A stretch of DNA of 64,000 nt, from NCBI GenBank assembly GCA_965203175.1, contig OZ241867.1:1952001-2016000 (forward strand). Reading direction: 5' to 3'. The DNA comes from Candidatus Latescibacterota bacterium. Lineage in GTDB: Bacteria > Latescibacterota > UBA2968 > UBA8231. How positions within the stretch are numbered: the stretch's first letter is position 1; every line of letters starts with the position of its first letter. The position numbers and the translations under genes were made by a program. Positions 47,981 to 57,416 of the stretch are shown here, in pieces. The notes under the pieces were generated by a model. It worked only from the letters and a program-made list of their open reading frames with translations. It was not told where the DNA came from and ran no database searches.

Positions 47981-50357
47981 TCCAGACGATCTGCGTCCAG
48001 AATATCGCCGTGAAGATCTCGGCCCTGGTGTCCGGGGTAAGTATTTGGAATCCTATCGGTCGGGGACAAATTGGGCTCTACTCCATCCAGACGTTGCGAA
48101 ATCACTTCCCGCAGACGAGGCCGCTCCAAGCCTGAATGTCTCTGAGACTGGTGGCTTACTCTTCGAGCAGTATGGACGCCATATGCGTATCAGCAATACA
48201 AAGGACGCCAATGATCACAAGCAGTTTGCACTAGAATTGAAGGCTTGGGCTGAGAAGTACCACGAGGAGAGTGCAAGGGTCATTGCCGAATTGGAGGAAT
48301 TTTTACACCAATTTAACACATTCGACATACTAGCCAACGTAAGCCTTGCCAACCTATTCATTGTTCCAGACAAGTTTGAGGAGCCCAGCCATAAAGGGTT
48401 CTCTGCATATGTAGAGTTCGTCGCACTTGTGGCACTGAAAGGGAGCTTTGTCGAAGCCCAAGCTCGAGATCCGAGGTCTGAAGATTTAAAGAAGATCCAA
48501 GATCTCGTTGACCAGATTTTCTCAATGCACTTCCAGTACACTCTAGCTCAGTCCATAGAAGAAGAGCCTACGGGTCCACCATCACCCCTTGAAACTCTTC
48601 AGTTCGCCGTTCGACAGAACGAATTGATGGTCCGTGGACCCGCTTATCCGATCCACTTGTTCGAAGTTTTAGAGGGTCTCTTTAGCCCGTTCGACACGGA
48701 ACTCCTAAGACTTGGCGGCTTCTCTAGTGCCACCGCGCTTGGAGTGAGCGAAGCGATGAATGCCTTGGTCTCAAATCGGCTCGCCGAGAAGGGGAAGTCA
48801 GCTAGGGTACAGACGAGTGATCTTCTCCGGAAGATTCGTGCCCGCAAGCGTGACACGAGCGTGGACATAGGTCTCCCGGAGAAACAGGTCAAAGCCCTAA
48901 TCCAGTTACCTGATCGTGAGATTCGTCGAAGGCTCGACGGATTCGCAGCAGCTTGTATATCTCATGGGATTGGCCAGACTGTTTCGTTTACAGCGGATGA
49001 ACTGGCTAATCAGCAGGAAACTCCAGTTGATCAGATGGAAGCGCTTCTTCGGCACCTGTCGGCTGAGTTTGGCTCGGTCGACAGTAGGTTCTTCGCTCCG
49101 ACACCTGATCATCTTCTTAAGAATAAGCCGCTCCTTCACCACGAAGGACGATATCTGTGTCCTACGCGGGTATTGCTCAACGGGGCTCTGCTGCCAACCA
49201 TGGAGGGGCTGCTAACCACTTCAAGGCCTCGGCTAGCCGAGCGCTATAGAAAACATCGCCACGATCTGCTTCTGCAGACGGCCGTAGAGCGCCTTCTGAA
49301 AATATTACCTGGGGCCACTAGCGACATGAAGCTTCACTATCAGTTCGAAGGCGAGCAGCCCGAGCTAGATGCTCTTATCCAGTACGACTCAGTACTCTTA
49401 TTACTTGAAGCCAAGGGTGCCCCACTGACTCCTCCAGCGCGTCGGGGAGCCCCAGATCGTCTCAAGCGGGATCTCCGGAGAGTAGTTGCCGATGCCCACA
49501 AGCAAGGCCATCGAGCGTTCCGCTTCCTCAGTGAGGGATCAGGAAGGTTCGCCAAGAAGGATGGGACCTCGTTAGAAGTTGATTTGAGGAGCTTTGAAGA
49601 GGTCTTCGTCGTCTCGCTACACCTTGAGCCGATTGGACACCTGACCGCGTTGAGCCATGCCATTGATGTGTTAGACCTGACTACACAAGAAGATGAGCAA
49701 TCATGGATGGTAAGCCTATACGATCTGATGGTTCTTGCAGATATTATAGACATACCATCTATGCTTCCACACTACATCAAGAGACGATTGCGTGTAGCAA
49801 AGCAGGGGTTTGTTAATGCCCATGATGAGCTAGATCTCTTCTGTTACTACTTGCAGGATGGCCTCTTCTTTGATAGTAAGAACGACCTCGGAGAAGCCGA
49901 CTCTCTTACTGTCTTAAGCCACACGGTCCCTCTAGATGATTACTATTTCTACATACAGGGAGAGCGGAGGCAGCGCGCCGAGAAGCCAAAGCAGAAGATG
50001 CGGCCTGTCTTTGAGTCTCTTGTTAAAGCAATTGAGGCTTCGCAACTGCCCTCACGTACAAGTGTCAACATGGCTCTTCTTGATCAGAGCGGCGAATCGC
50101 GAAGGGCTTTCTGTGATCTAGTTGGGACGGTGAGAAAGCGTTTCGCAAAGGACGGCAAGCTTCATGACGGATCGGTGTACTTCAAGGAAGAAGGTGGATG
50201 GGGAGTGACATTCATGTGCGGACCTAAAGAGAGGATGGAGATCTTGCATCAATACTGTAACAGGAAGAGAGATGAAATGGACGCTAGGGAGTGGTACGGT
50301 ATCGCGGATTGTGGACGGAGATCGCCTCAGATATGCGGACTAGTCTGTGAAACCTAA
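47967..50357 (+). CDS. BrnA-like antitoxin N-terminus fused in frame to a large NERD/PD-(D/E)xK-like nuclease-domain protein
   Basis: The first ~53 aa (DDLRPEY....GVRGKY...L.PDVAK) resemble antitoxins encoded after brnT and overlap the brnT stop. ELDALIQYDSVLLLLEAKG is a D..ExK nuclease-like motif. Confidence 0.65.
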   Translation: MKKTDPDDLRPEYRREDLGPGVRGKYLESYRSGTNWALLHPDVAKSLPADEAAPSLNVSETGGLLFEQYGRHMRISNTKDANDHKQFALELKAWAEKYHEESARVIAELEEFLHQFNTFDILANVSLANLFIVPDKFEEPSHKGFSAYVEFVALVALKGSFVEAQARDPRSEDLKKIQDLVDQIFSMHFQYTLAQSIEEEPTGPPSPLETLQFAVRQNELMVRGPAYPIHLFEVLEGLFSPFDTELLRLGGFSSATALGVSEAMNALVSNRLAEKGKSARVQTSDLLRKIRARKRDTSVDIGLPEKQVKALIQLPDREIRRRLDGFAAACISHGIGQTVSFTADELANQQETPVDQMEALLRHLSAEFGSVDSRFFAPTPDHLLKNKPLLHHEGRYLCPTRVLLNGALLPTMEGLLTTSRPRLAERYRKHRHDLLLQTAVERLLKILPGATSDMKLHYQFEGEQPELDALIQYDSVLLLLEAKGAPLTPPARRGAPDRLKRDLRRVVADAHKQGHRAFRFLSEGSGRFAKKDGTSLEVDLRSFEEVFVVSLHLEPIGHLTALSHAIDVLDLTTQEDEQSWMVSLYDLMVLADIIDIPSMLPHYIKRRLRVAKQGFVNAHDELDLFCYYLQDGLFFDSKNDLGEADSLTVLSHTVPLDDYYFYIQGERRQRAEKPKQKMRPVFESLVKAIEASQLPSRTSVNMALLDQSGESRRAFCDLVGTVRKRFAKDGKLHDGSVYFKEEGGWGVTFMCGPKERMEILHQYCNRKRDEMDAREWYGIADCGRRSPQICGLVCET

Positions 50358-50379
50358 CCACCCCCAGACTGGCGCTGCA

Positions 50380-50468
50380 CCATAACACGTCCACTTGTTT
50401 TGCGGCGCATTCGCGCTTTGGTCTTCGGCAACCTGTTGCGCGGATTCGCAAACCAGCAGAAGTTACGC
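50380..50468 (+). repeat. attC-like imperfect palindrome 1
   Basis: CCATAAC ... GTTACGC ends. Internal arms CTTGTTTTGCG/CGCAAACCAG and TTCGCGC/GCGCGGA. Confidence 0.5.
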
Positions 50469-50532
50469 GAAAATGAAAATCTACCAATTCAATGGCGATA
50501 CAACCTTATAACTCATTACCGCAATATTAATA

Positions 50533-52317
50533 ATGCTTGAGCACAAGACGACTATTACAAGAGTCGATTTCAGAGACTATAAGGCCTTTTCCCAAATGAC
50601 TGTGCGCCTTCAGCACATGAACATACTGGTAGGGCCAAACAATTGTGGAAAATCCACTATTTTAGATGCATTTCGCACGCTGGATACAGCAATGCGGCGT
50701 GCTCGGAATAAATCTCCTGAACGAATCATTGGCCCCGAAGGTAGGACCCTTGGTTATCCTTTGGTAAGTGAATCACTGCCTATGTCAATCGAGAATGTCC
50801 ACACTGATTATGAGGAGATACCCAGTTTAGTAAACTTTCGATTCTCTAATTCTAGCCTATTGACGCTTTACTTCCCTGAAGACGGTGGGGCATATCTCAT
50901 ACCAGAGGGCAATGAAGGTGCAATCATTTCTGCGAGGGATTTTAATAGAGCCTTTCCAACTCGAATTTCTGTCGTACCAGTTCTTGGCCCTGTTGAACAT
51001 GAAGAGAGGGTTAGAACTCCTGATACTGTGCGTAATGGTTTAGCTACTCATAGAGCATCTAGACATTTTAGAAATTATTGGCGGTATTTTAACGAAGATT
51101 TCGATCAATTCGCTGCACTTATAAAGCGGACATGGCCAGGAATGGAGATTCTTCCTCCAGAAGAAACAGACATTAGCTCTCAAACCCTTCAGATGTTCTG
51201 CTTAGAAAATCGTATAACTCGCGAACTCTATTGGTCGGGTTTTAGGTTTCAAATATGGTGTCAGCTTTTAACACATATATCTCGATGTAGAAAAGATAAC
51301 CTTCTTATAGTAGATGAACCTGAAATCTATTTGCACCCTGATATACAACGTCAACTCCTCGGAATCCTACGAGATGCAGGACCAGATATTCTCCTTGCCA
51401 CTCACTCAAGTGAAATTATGGGCGAAGCAGATCCAAGCGAAATCCTACTTGTTGATAAACACAAAAAAACTGTAGATCGCCTGCGTGATATCGACAGCGT
51501 ACAAGCAGCTTTGAATACCATAGGATCTATCCAAAATATAACCCTCGCTCAGTTAGCTCGTAATCGCCGAGTACTCTTCGTAGAAGCATTTGATGACTTT
51601 CGCATCTTACGCAGGTTCGCTAAACGAATTGGCTTGAATGAGTTAGCTGCTGGAGTCGACTTTACTCCTGTCGAGTCAGGTGGCTTTTCAAACTGGGAAC
51701 GTGTTCGATCGTTGGGTTGGGGGATGGAAAAAACTATTGGTAAAGCCTTAAAACTTGGTGCCGTTTTTGACCGGGACTTCTGGCCAGATGAACAGATCAA
51801 TGAAATCTTAAAGGAGCTATGTGAACATCTCAATTTCGCTTCAATACATCAAAGAAAAGAAATAGAGAACTATCTTCTAGTTCCGTCTGTACTCCAGCGG
51901 GCTCTTGAACGTGCAGTCGAAGACCGCTCTAAACGACAAGACTCGACCCCACCTGCTGTTTGGGCTGTAAGCGATGTTCTTGCAGAGATTACTGAGCCTA
52001 GGCACATCTCAATTCAGGGACAGTATATTGCGAAAAGAAGTTCATATCTCAAATCGACAAAGGAAGACCCTGCCAATATTGCAGCAACTGCCATTGAACA
52101 ACTAAACCAAAAGTGGGCTAATATAGAGACACGCATGGAAGTTATTCCTGGGAAAGAAATACTTGCGGCTCTGAGGCAACGCATACAAGCAGATTTCTCT
52201 GTCACTCTGACTGATAATAGAATAATTGATGCCTTCCGCAAAGATGAGATTCCAGAAGATATGATATCATTGCTAAATGCACTTGAAAAATTTAGATCTG
52301 AACCTAGTCCGACATAG
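50533..52317 (+). CDS. OLD-family-like ATP-dependent nuclease (ABC ATPase + TOPRIM)
   Basis: GPNNCGKS, LIVDEPEIYLHP, LATHS, TOPRIM-like VLFVE..DD...FDRD, KEIENYLL. Lower GC than the flanking core genes. Confidence 0.85.
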   Translation: MLEHKTTITRVDFRDYKAFSQMTVRLQHMNILVGPNNCGKSTILDAFRTLDTAMRRARNKSPERIIGPEGRTLGYPLVSESLPMSIENVHTDYEEIPSLVNFRFSNSSLLTLYFPEDGGAYLIPEGNEGAIISARDFNRAFPTRISVVPVLGPVEHEERVRTPDTVRNGLATHRASRHFRNYWRYFNEDFDQFAALIKRTWPGMEILPPEETDISSQTLQMFCLENRITRELYWSGFRFQIWCQLLTHISRCRKDNLLIVDEPEIYLHPDIQRQLLGILRDAGPDILLATHSSEIMGEADPSEILLVDKHKKTVDRLRDIDSVQAALNTIGSIQNITLAQLARNRRVLFVEAFDDFRILRRFAKRIGLNELAAGVDFTPVESGGFSNWERVRSLGWGMEKTIGKALKLGAVFDRDFWPDEQINEILKELCEHLNFASIHQRKEIENYLLVPSVLQRALERAVEDRSKRQDSTPPAVWAVSDVLAEITEPRHISIQGQYIAKRSSYLKSTKEDPANIAATAIEQLNQKWANIETRMEVIPGKEILAALRQRIQADFSVTLTDNRIIDAFRKDEIPEDMISLLNALEKFRSEPSPT

Positions 52318-52347
52318 ACCCCAAGAGGTAGCCTGATTTTCATCGTC

Positions 52348-52444
52348 GCTTAACACCCCACCCATGGCTACGGCCCACTCGGCCTGAGTCCAACTCGCTT
52401 CGCGAGTTCGTAGGCGGTCAATACGTTACAAGAATGCGTTAAAC
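52348..52444 (+). repeat. attC-like imperfect palindrome 2
   Basis: GCTTAAC (RYYYAAC) ... GTTAAAC (GTTRRRY). Inner CTACG/CGTAG arms and a perfect AACTCGC-TTC-GCGAGTT hairpin. Confidence 0.55.
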
Positions 52445-52460
52445 CGAGGCAATCAATTCC

Positions 52461-52938
52461 GTGACGGTTAGAATTGAGAATCTACAGCGTCATACAGGTT
52501 CTATTGAGGATCTTTCGGTGACGCATTTTGACCTGTGGGGGCCACTGCCAGCCGGAACACCCTGGAAGAGTATCAAAATCTACTCGAACACGCTGTCGCC
52601 GCTGATGGACTTCCAAGCACGCTAGTTGCGGAGGAAAATGGGGCGATCCTCGGATCAGTAAACGTCCTGGATAGCGATTTGCCAATCCGGTCCGATCTAA
52701 CGCCTTGGTTGGCTCAACTGTTCGTGTTTCCAGAGTATCGACACCAAGGGTCGGCTCACTATTGGTCGATGCTGCCATCTCAGAGGCGCGAAGGCTTAGT
52801 CATTCGGCAATCTATCTGTACACTTCTGGGTCCCTTCCAAAGTACTACGAGGGACTCGGCTGGTCTCGGCTAGATGCAGTTGAATATCTTGACAAGCTCC
52901 GTGTGATCATGGCCTATAATATTGAAATCGCGGTTTGA
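52461..52938 (+). pseudogene. GNAT acetyltransferase with two apparent frameshifts
   Basis: Three frames join into one GNAT: VTVRIENL..FDLWGP / SRNTLEEY...PWLAQLFVFPEYRHQG / VGSLLVDAA...LYT...YYEGLGW. Breaks fall near 52545 and 52750. Confidence 0.7.
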
Positions 52939-52963
52939 GGCTTAGGCCCAATCACACATCTTG

Positions 52964-53070
52964 AGACAACCTGTTGTCGCTGCTTGTCGCTGCTTGTCGC
53001 AGCGCCGCGTTCGCGCCTTGGCCTTCGGCAACTCGCTTGGCGAGTTCGGCTACCGGCAAAATTTATACGC
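52964..53070 (+). repeat. Degenerate attC-like palindrome 3 with a 10-nt triple repeat
   Basis: Shares TTCGCGCYTTGGYCTTCGGCAAC with element 1 and AACTCGCTTSGCGAGTTCG with element 2. Ends TTTATACGC. Contains TTGTCGCTGC x2 plus TTGTCGCAGC at 52974-53003. Confidence 0.5.
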
Positions 53071-53139
53071 CAGCCATTAGTTTCGTAGACTCATAAACCA
53101 TCTGTGAAGGTATTAGGCAAAGCGGTCAGGAGATGCCAA

Positions 53140-53547
53140 GTGAAAGATCAGCTAGATAGCGTGAGATGTTTTCACGAGGTGTTCCAGGCATACATGGAGC
53201 GCACGCCTACGGCAAGGGTGCCTGTGGAGATAAGCCAAGGGCGTATCCAGATGTTTTTGGAGGAGCTAGAAGAGTATCGAGCGGCCGTGAATAACCACGA
53301 CATCGTCGAGATCGCAGACGCCCTTACCGACATGCTTTACGTACTGCTGGGTACGTTCATCACGCATGGCCTGCAGGACATTGCCGAAGAGCTCTTTGCT
53401 GAAGTCCACCGCAGCAACATGAGTAAGCTAGATGAGCAGGGTAAGCCGATATTCAGGAAGGATGGCAAAGTGTTGAAGTCCAATCAGTTTTCAGAACCGG
53501 ATTTACGCTCGATCATAGCGAAAATTGGTCCAGTTGAGCCAAGATAA
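53140..53547 (+). CDS. MazG-like nucleoside triphosphate pyrophosphohydrolase family protein
   Basis: EELEEY...EIADALTDMLYVLLG...EVHRSNMSK...DGKVLK. AGGAG SD before GTG 53140. Confidence 0.88.
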   Translation: MKDQLDSVRCFHEVFQAYMERTPTARVPVEISQGRIQMFLEELEEYRAAVNNHDIVEIADALTDMLYVLLGTFITHGLQDIAEELFAEVHRSNMSKLDEQGKPIFRKDGKVLKSNQFSEPDLRSIIAKIGPVEPR

Positions 53548-53575
53548 ATGAACGAATCTAGGCATACCGAAACCT

Positions 53576-54367
53576 ATGACGACAGCACTTGATTCAACGA
53601 ACAATTCAGAGCTTGTAGCAACGCTGGAAGAGGCGGCGCTGAACGGGCTACCCGCGCTGCAAACAGAGTTCTACGACGGCTGGATCGTTCGGATGTCTGA
53701 GGGATACAGTCGCCGTGCCAACTGTGTAGTCCCGCTGTATGAATCCACAACCCCGCTCCAAGAGAAGCTGGTTCATTGTGAAGCGGCATACGCGCGGGCA
53801 TCGCTACCTTGCCTTTTCAAGATTTTTCCTGCCTGTCAACCTATGAATTTGGACGGGACCTTGGCGCAGCTTCAGTACGCTAGAGACGCCGATACACTGG
53901 TTCAAACCATGCGGCTTGAGGCCCGTCCCGCTAGTTCCCCTGCCATATCGCTATACGAAGGGGCAACAGATGAGTGGCTCGAAACCTGGAGCCGTCTGTC
54001 CGGTCGCAATCAGCACGCTGACATATTGCGCACCTTGCTCAACGCGATCTCCACTCCTTCGGCCTATGTTATCGCCCGGACTGCTGGCCAATCCGTAGGC
54101 TGCGCCCGCGCCGTTGTTTCGGGCTCAATCTTGGGACTCTTTGATTTGATGGTTGATCCCAAGCATCGGGGTCAGGGCTTCGGTCGTGGGCTCCTTGAGG
54201 CACGCCTCAACTGGGGATTTGAGCAGGGGGCGCGTCTGGCATACCTACAGGTGATGGCGAACAACGAGCCAGCTCTGGCTCTGCAACGCAAGTATGGTTT
54301 CAGCGAGTCGTACCGGTATTGGTATCGAGTGCAACCCTCCTCTGATCTGGAGGACGGAAACTGTTGA
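53576..54367 (+). CDS. GNAT family N-acetyltransferase
   Basis: DGW.VR...GYSRRAN, VDPKHRGQGFGRGL, AYLQV..NNEPA..L..K.GF. Confidence 0.9.
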   Translation: MTTALDSTNNSELVATLEEAALNGLPALQTEFYDGWIVRMSEGYSRRANCVVPLYESTTPLQEKLVHCEAAYARASLPCLFKIFPACQPMNLDGTLAQLQYARDADTLVQTMRLEARPASSPAISLYEGATDEWLETWSRLSGRNQHADILRTLLNAISTPSAYVIARTAGQSVGCARAVVSGSILGLFDLMVDPKHRGQGFGRGLLEARLNWGFEQGARLAYLQVMANNEPALALQRKYGFSESYRYWYRVQPSSDLEDGNC

Positions 54368-54432
54368 GATTGCAAGGGGTTACGTAGAATAATCCAGCCT
54401 CGCGGTATAGGTTCCGACTGTTTACACGGATA

Positions 54433-55592
54433 GGCGTTGTTGCATGAATCATATCTGGGGCATCATTGTCGAATGTTGTTTTTTGTTCAGTTGATTTTTT
54501 CTACTCGATACGACTGGGGTTTGCCCACATGGATCATTCGATTGAGGAGGGCACAGCCGAGGCGACTTTCGACCTGTTGGTTGATCCAGCTACGCGCCTT
54601 CAGCTTGTCGCCGATGAGGTGCTTATAGCGATAGATTTGCGTTTCGGCCAACGAGCGTCGATGATAGCCACTGGCCTGTTTCCACTCCTTGCGTCCCTTT
54701 CGTCGTATGGCCCGCAGGATTTCATCGCGCGCCAACGGGGGGACCTTACAATTACCATGCTGATGGATTGTAGCGTCTTTGCGCAGTGCGATGATCGGCC
54801 GAATCGAGGGATCACTCCGCGTGGCCAAGGCGTCGAACACCTTCTGTTTGTCATAGGCCCCATCGCCGCCTACCGCCTCCACCGCCTCGTCGACTTGGGT
54901 CAACAGAGGGGCCACCTGCGAGGCATCATCGATCCGATGGGACGTCAACGTCTGCGCGACCACCTCGCCGGTGGCCTCGTTGACCCCCACATGCAGTTTG
55001 CGCCACGTGCGCCGTTTGGTCCAGCCGTGTTGACGGACTTTCCTCTCGCCCTCGCCATAGACTTTCAAACCCGTCGAATCCACTACCAAGTGCATCGGGC
55101 TAGCCGGGCTATCGGGCTGCTTTTTCGGCAACTCCACCGCCAAGGCCCCTTGGCGACGCGACAAGGTCGAGTAGTCCGGCACGGCCAAGGCCAACCCCAT
55201 CAAGTCCAACAGCGATTGGATAAACCCCTGCGTCTGGCGCAACGGCAACCCAAGCAACACCCGCATCGTCAACATCCATTCAATCGCTGGATCCGAATAG
55301 ACAAACTGAGCACCCCGTTGCGATGGCCCCTGAGCATACCATTGCTTCCACAGACCATCGTCCAGCCACACCGTCAGGCTACCACGAGCCACCAACGCCC
55401 GATTATACGACGACCAATTCTTAACCCGATACACCGGTTGCGACTTGACCGAGGGCGAACTGCCAGATACTTTGCTCATCACAGGCTCTTTGGGAAGAAA
55501 GGAACGTGTTTCTTGCTGGAAACCACGAACCAATCTAACCGAAGAGCCTGACTCATTTCAAGACCCGAACACAGCTTTCATGCAACAACGCC
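54433..55592 (-). mobile_element. IS5-family (IS903 group) insertion sequence
   Basis: Perfect 16-bp terminal inverted repeats GGCGTTGTTGCATGAA (54433-54448) and TTCATGCAACAACGCC (55577-55592) around a transposase. Confidence 0.92.
54487..55479 (-). CDS. IS5-family DDE transposase
   Basis: YRVKNWSSYNRALVARGSLTVW, LPLRQTQG, VPDYSTLSRR, DSTGLKVYGEGE, RTWRKLH, DGAYD, GYHRRSLAET. Confidence 0.95.
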   Translation of the reverse strand: MSKVSGSSPSVKSQPVYRVKNWSSYNRALVARGSLTVWLDDGLWKQWYAQGPSQRGAQFVYSDPAIEWMLTMRVLLGLPLRQTQGFIQSLLDLMGLALAVPDYSTLSRRQGALAVELPKKQPDSPASPMHLVVDSTGLKVYGEGERKVRQHGWTKRRTWRKLHVGVNEATGEVVAQTLTSHRIDDASQVAPLLTQVDEAVEAVGGDGAYDKQKVFDALATRSDPSIRPIIALRKDATIHQHGNCKVPPLARDEILRAIRRKGRKEWKQASGYHRRSLAETQIYRYKHLIGDKLKARSWINQQVESRLGCALLNRMIHVGKPQSYRVEKIN

Positions 55593-55681
55593 GTTAATAT
55601 TTGTGGATTGGGTGGGCTGTTTTGATTATTATTCATTCAATTGAATAAATAGCCACAAACAGCAAACAGAGGCGTTTTTAT

Positions 55682-56083
55682 ATGGATATTATCATTCCCA
55701 TTATCGCGGATATTGTAGCGTCCCCATTCTTCTTGGTCTGCCTTGGGATTTTGGCGGCTTGGGCGATACTACTCTATGGGAGCTGGCAATGGCGACAGCG
55801 GCACAAGAGAATCCAAGCCTTGGTCGAGCGCATAAGAGCCATACACGCCCAAGCGGGAACGCGCCCTCGACACCTGCCCTCGTTGGCTAGCAGCTATCAT
55901 CTTTTTTCCGAAAGCATCAACTGGGTGTTCAGGCTCGACCGGGAACTTAACGCCCTAGAGCGCCAGCGCGGAATGCGCGTTCCCTATAGTCGACGGGGGT
56001 TGTCCTTGTCCTCTGGTGAGGGTGAGGAAGTACTCAACGGCTTCAGCCGACGGGTCGAAGCGTTGGAGGGTTCTCAGCGCTAG
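55682..56083 (+). CDS. Hypothetical membrane-anchored protein
   Basis: GAGG upstream of the ATG, N-terminal hydrophobic segment, 133 aa. Confidence 0.55.
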   Translation: MDIIIPIIADIVASPFFLVCLGILAAWAILLYGSWQWRQRHKRIQALVERIRAIHAQAGTRPRHLPSLASSYHLFSESINWVFRLDRELNALERQRGMRVPYSRRGLSLSSGEGEEVLNGFSRRVEALEGSQR

Positions 56084-56104
56084 TAGCGCTAATCTCGTTA
56101 TCCC

Positions 56105-57364
56105 TCACGGTCCGTAGTTGACCCGCCACTTGCTCAAATCCGGCTGATGCGCCCGTTTCCGTTCCAACTCGTACGCATAGATAACTCGGCCTAGTTCGGC
56201 CAAAAACGGCAGCCCCACCTCGTCGTACTCGTAGGCCCCGTCGTTAAAAATGCCGTTCTCGTTTACCAGTACCACGGCTGTTAGCAAAAACTCGACCCCG
56301 CGCTCGAAATCGACGACGTAGGCGTTGTCTGTCACATACCCATAAGCCAATCCGACCTTGTTAAAGATCCGCACCGAGTCGGGCATGGGTGCCTTGCTGT
56401 CGCCGAACAGGAAGAATTTTACATAACTGTCATAGTATTTTTCTGGATCGTATCGGGGATGGGGGCACTCGCGGGGCAACATGGACATGGCGCGGTAGAG
56501 AAAGCGGTAGTCGTCGGTCCGCAGGTCGAAGTGTCGTTCGGCGGGCAGTTCCTCGGGGAAAAACACCGCCACCAGTAGGTCTTGTAACACTTCCACTGAC
56601 ATGTAGTTCGATCCGGCGAAATCCTTGGGCGCGGCTACCAACTCCCCGTTTTGGATGTGTCCCTCGCCCTTGGGAATCGGCGCGGGTGCGCGCCACGTAT
56701 GCGGATTGACCAACATCGGCTGCTGGTAGAGTACTTGGTTTCCTCGGTAGAACGCCAGCGGATTTGTATGCCGGTTTTCCTCGGGCGAGCGCGCGATGGC
56801 GAGCCGGTGCGTCAGGCGCACATCCCGGTACCCCTTCTCCCACAGCCCTTCGTTCAACCGCTGCTGCCCCACAAACTCGTAGAGCCGGTTGTACGCGTCG
56901 TTGTCGCTGACGGCGAAGAGCTTGCGGATGTAGTGGGCAATTGTGGGCAGTCCATCCGGTGCGGTCGGATCTTCGCGCACTGCGGTCTGGCCGCTGAACG
57001 CGCTGTCGATGCGGACGGGCGTATGTCGATCCACGCCCGCAATGCCCAGTTGATTGAGCTTCTCCAGCGCCAGCAGGGCACCCGCCAGCTTGATTGCACT
57101 GGCCGGATAGAAATAGTCCTGCGAATTGACGCGGTACTCGTGTCGGGTAAAATGCGGTCGGTTGTCTGAGTCGCGATCGATTTGCGTATAGAGAATTTGC
57201 ACTTCGCGCTTGGCCGCGGCCGCGAGCACGGGCGCGCAGATGGGATTGGAGTTCAATAGGGCTTCAAGCAAGGTTCCTCTGTCTCCGCGGACCGCAGCGG
57301 GATAGATGCAGGTTGCGACCACCGCGACCACCGCGACCACCGGACTGATTCCATGTTTAGGCAT
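56105..57364 (-). CDS. Serine hydrolase, class A beta-lactamase-like (Beta-lactamase2) family
   Basis: Signal peptide, YPASAIK (SxxK), SDN, KVG triad. Confidence 0.85.
   Translation of the reverse strand: MPKHGISPVVAVVAVVATCIYPAAVRGDRGTLLEALLNSNPICAPVLAAAAKREVQILYTQIDRDSDNRPHFTRHEYRVNSQDYFYPASAIKLAGALLALEKLNQLGIAGVDRHTPVRIDSAFSGQTAVREDPTAPDGLPTIAHYIRKLFAVSDNDAYNRLYEFVGQQRLNEGLWEKGYRDVRLTHRLAIARSPEENRHTNPLAFYRGNQVLYQQPMLVNPHTWRAPAPIPKGEGHIQNGELVAAPKDFAGSNYMSVEVLQDLLVAVFFPEELPAERHFDLRTDDYRFLYRAMSMLPRECPHPRYDPEKYYDSYVKFFLFGDSKAPMPDSVRIFNKVGLAYGYVTDNAYVVDFERGVEFLLTAVVLVNENGIFNDGAYEYDEVGLPFLAELGRVIYAYELERKRAHQPDLSKWRVNYGP
57315..57341. repeat. 9-bp tandem repeat x3 in a signal peptide
   Basis: GCGACCACC x3, encoding VVA-VVA-VVA on the minus strand. 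Confidence 0.8.
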
Positions 57365-57416
57365 GTGCGATCCTGTGTAAAAACGCTTAGGACCGGTGCA
57401 AGGTAGGGTGCTGCGT

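Noticed and set aside
50380-53070. Repeats considered as a CRISPR array
   Set aside because: The units are ~100 nt, degenerate and separated by whole genes, and there are no cas genes.
54466-55551. 361-aa plus-strand ORF
   Set aside because: Antisense shadow of the IS5 transposase with no recognisable motifs.
56105-57364. Bona fide beta-lactam resistance gene
   Set aside because: The SxxK/SDN/KxG motifs only place it in the wider serine hydrolase family. Its length and insertions differ from class A enzymes.
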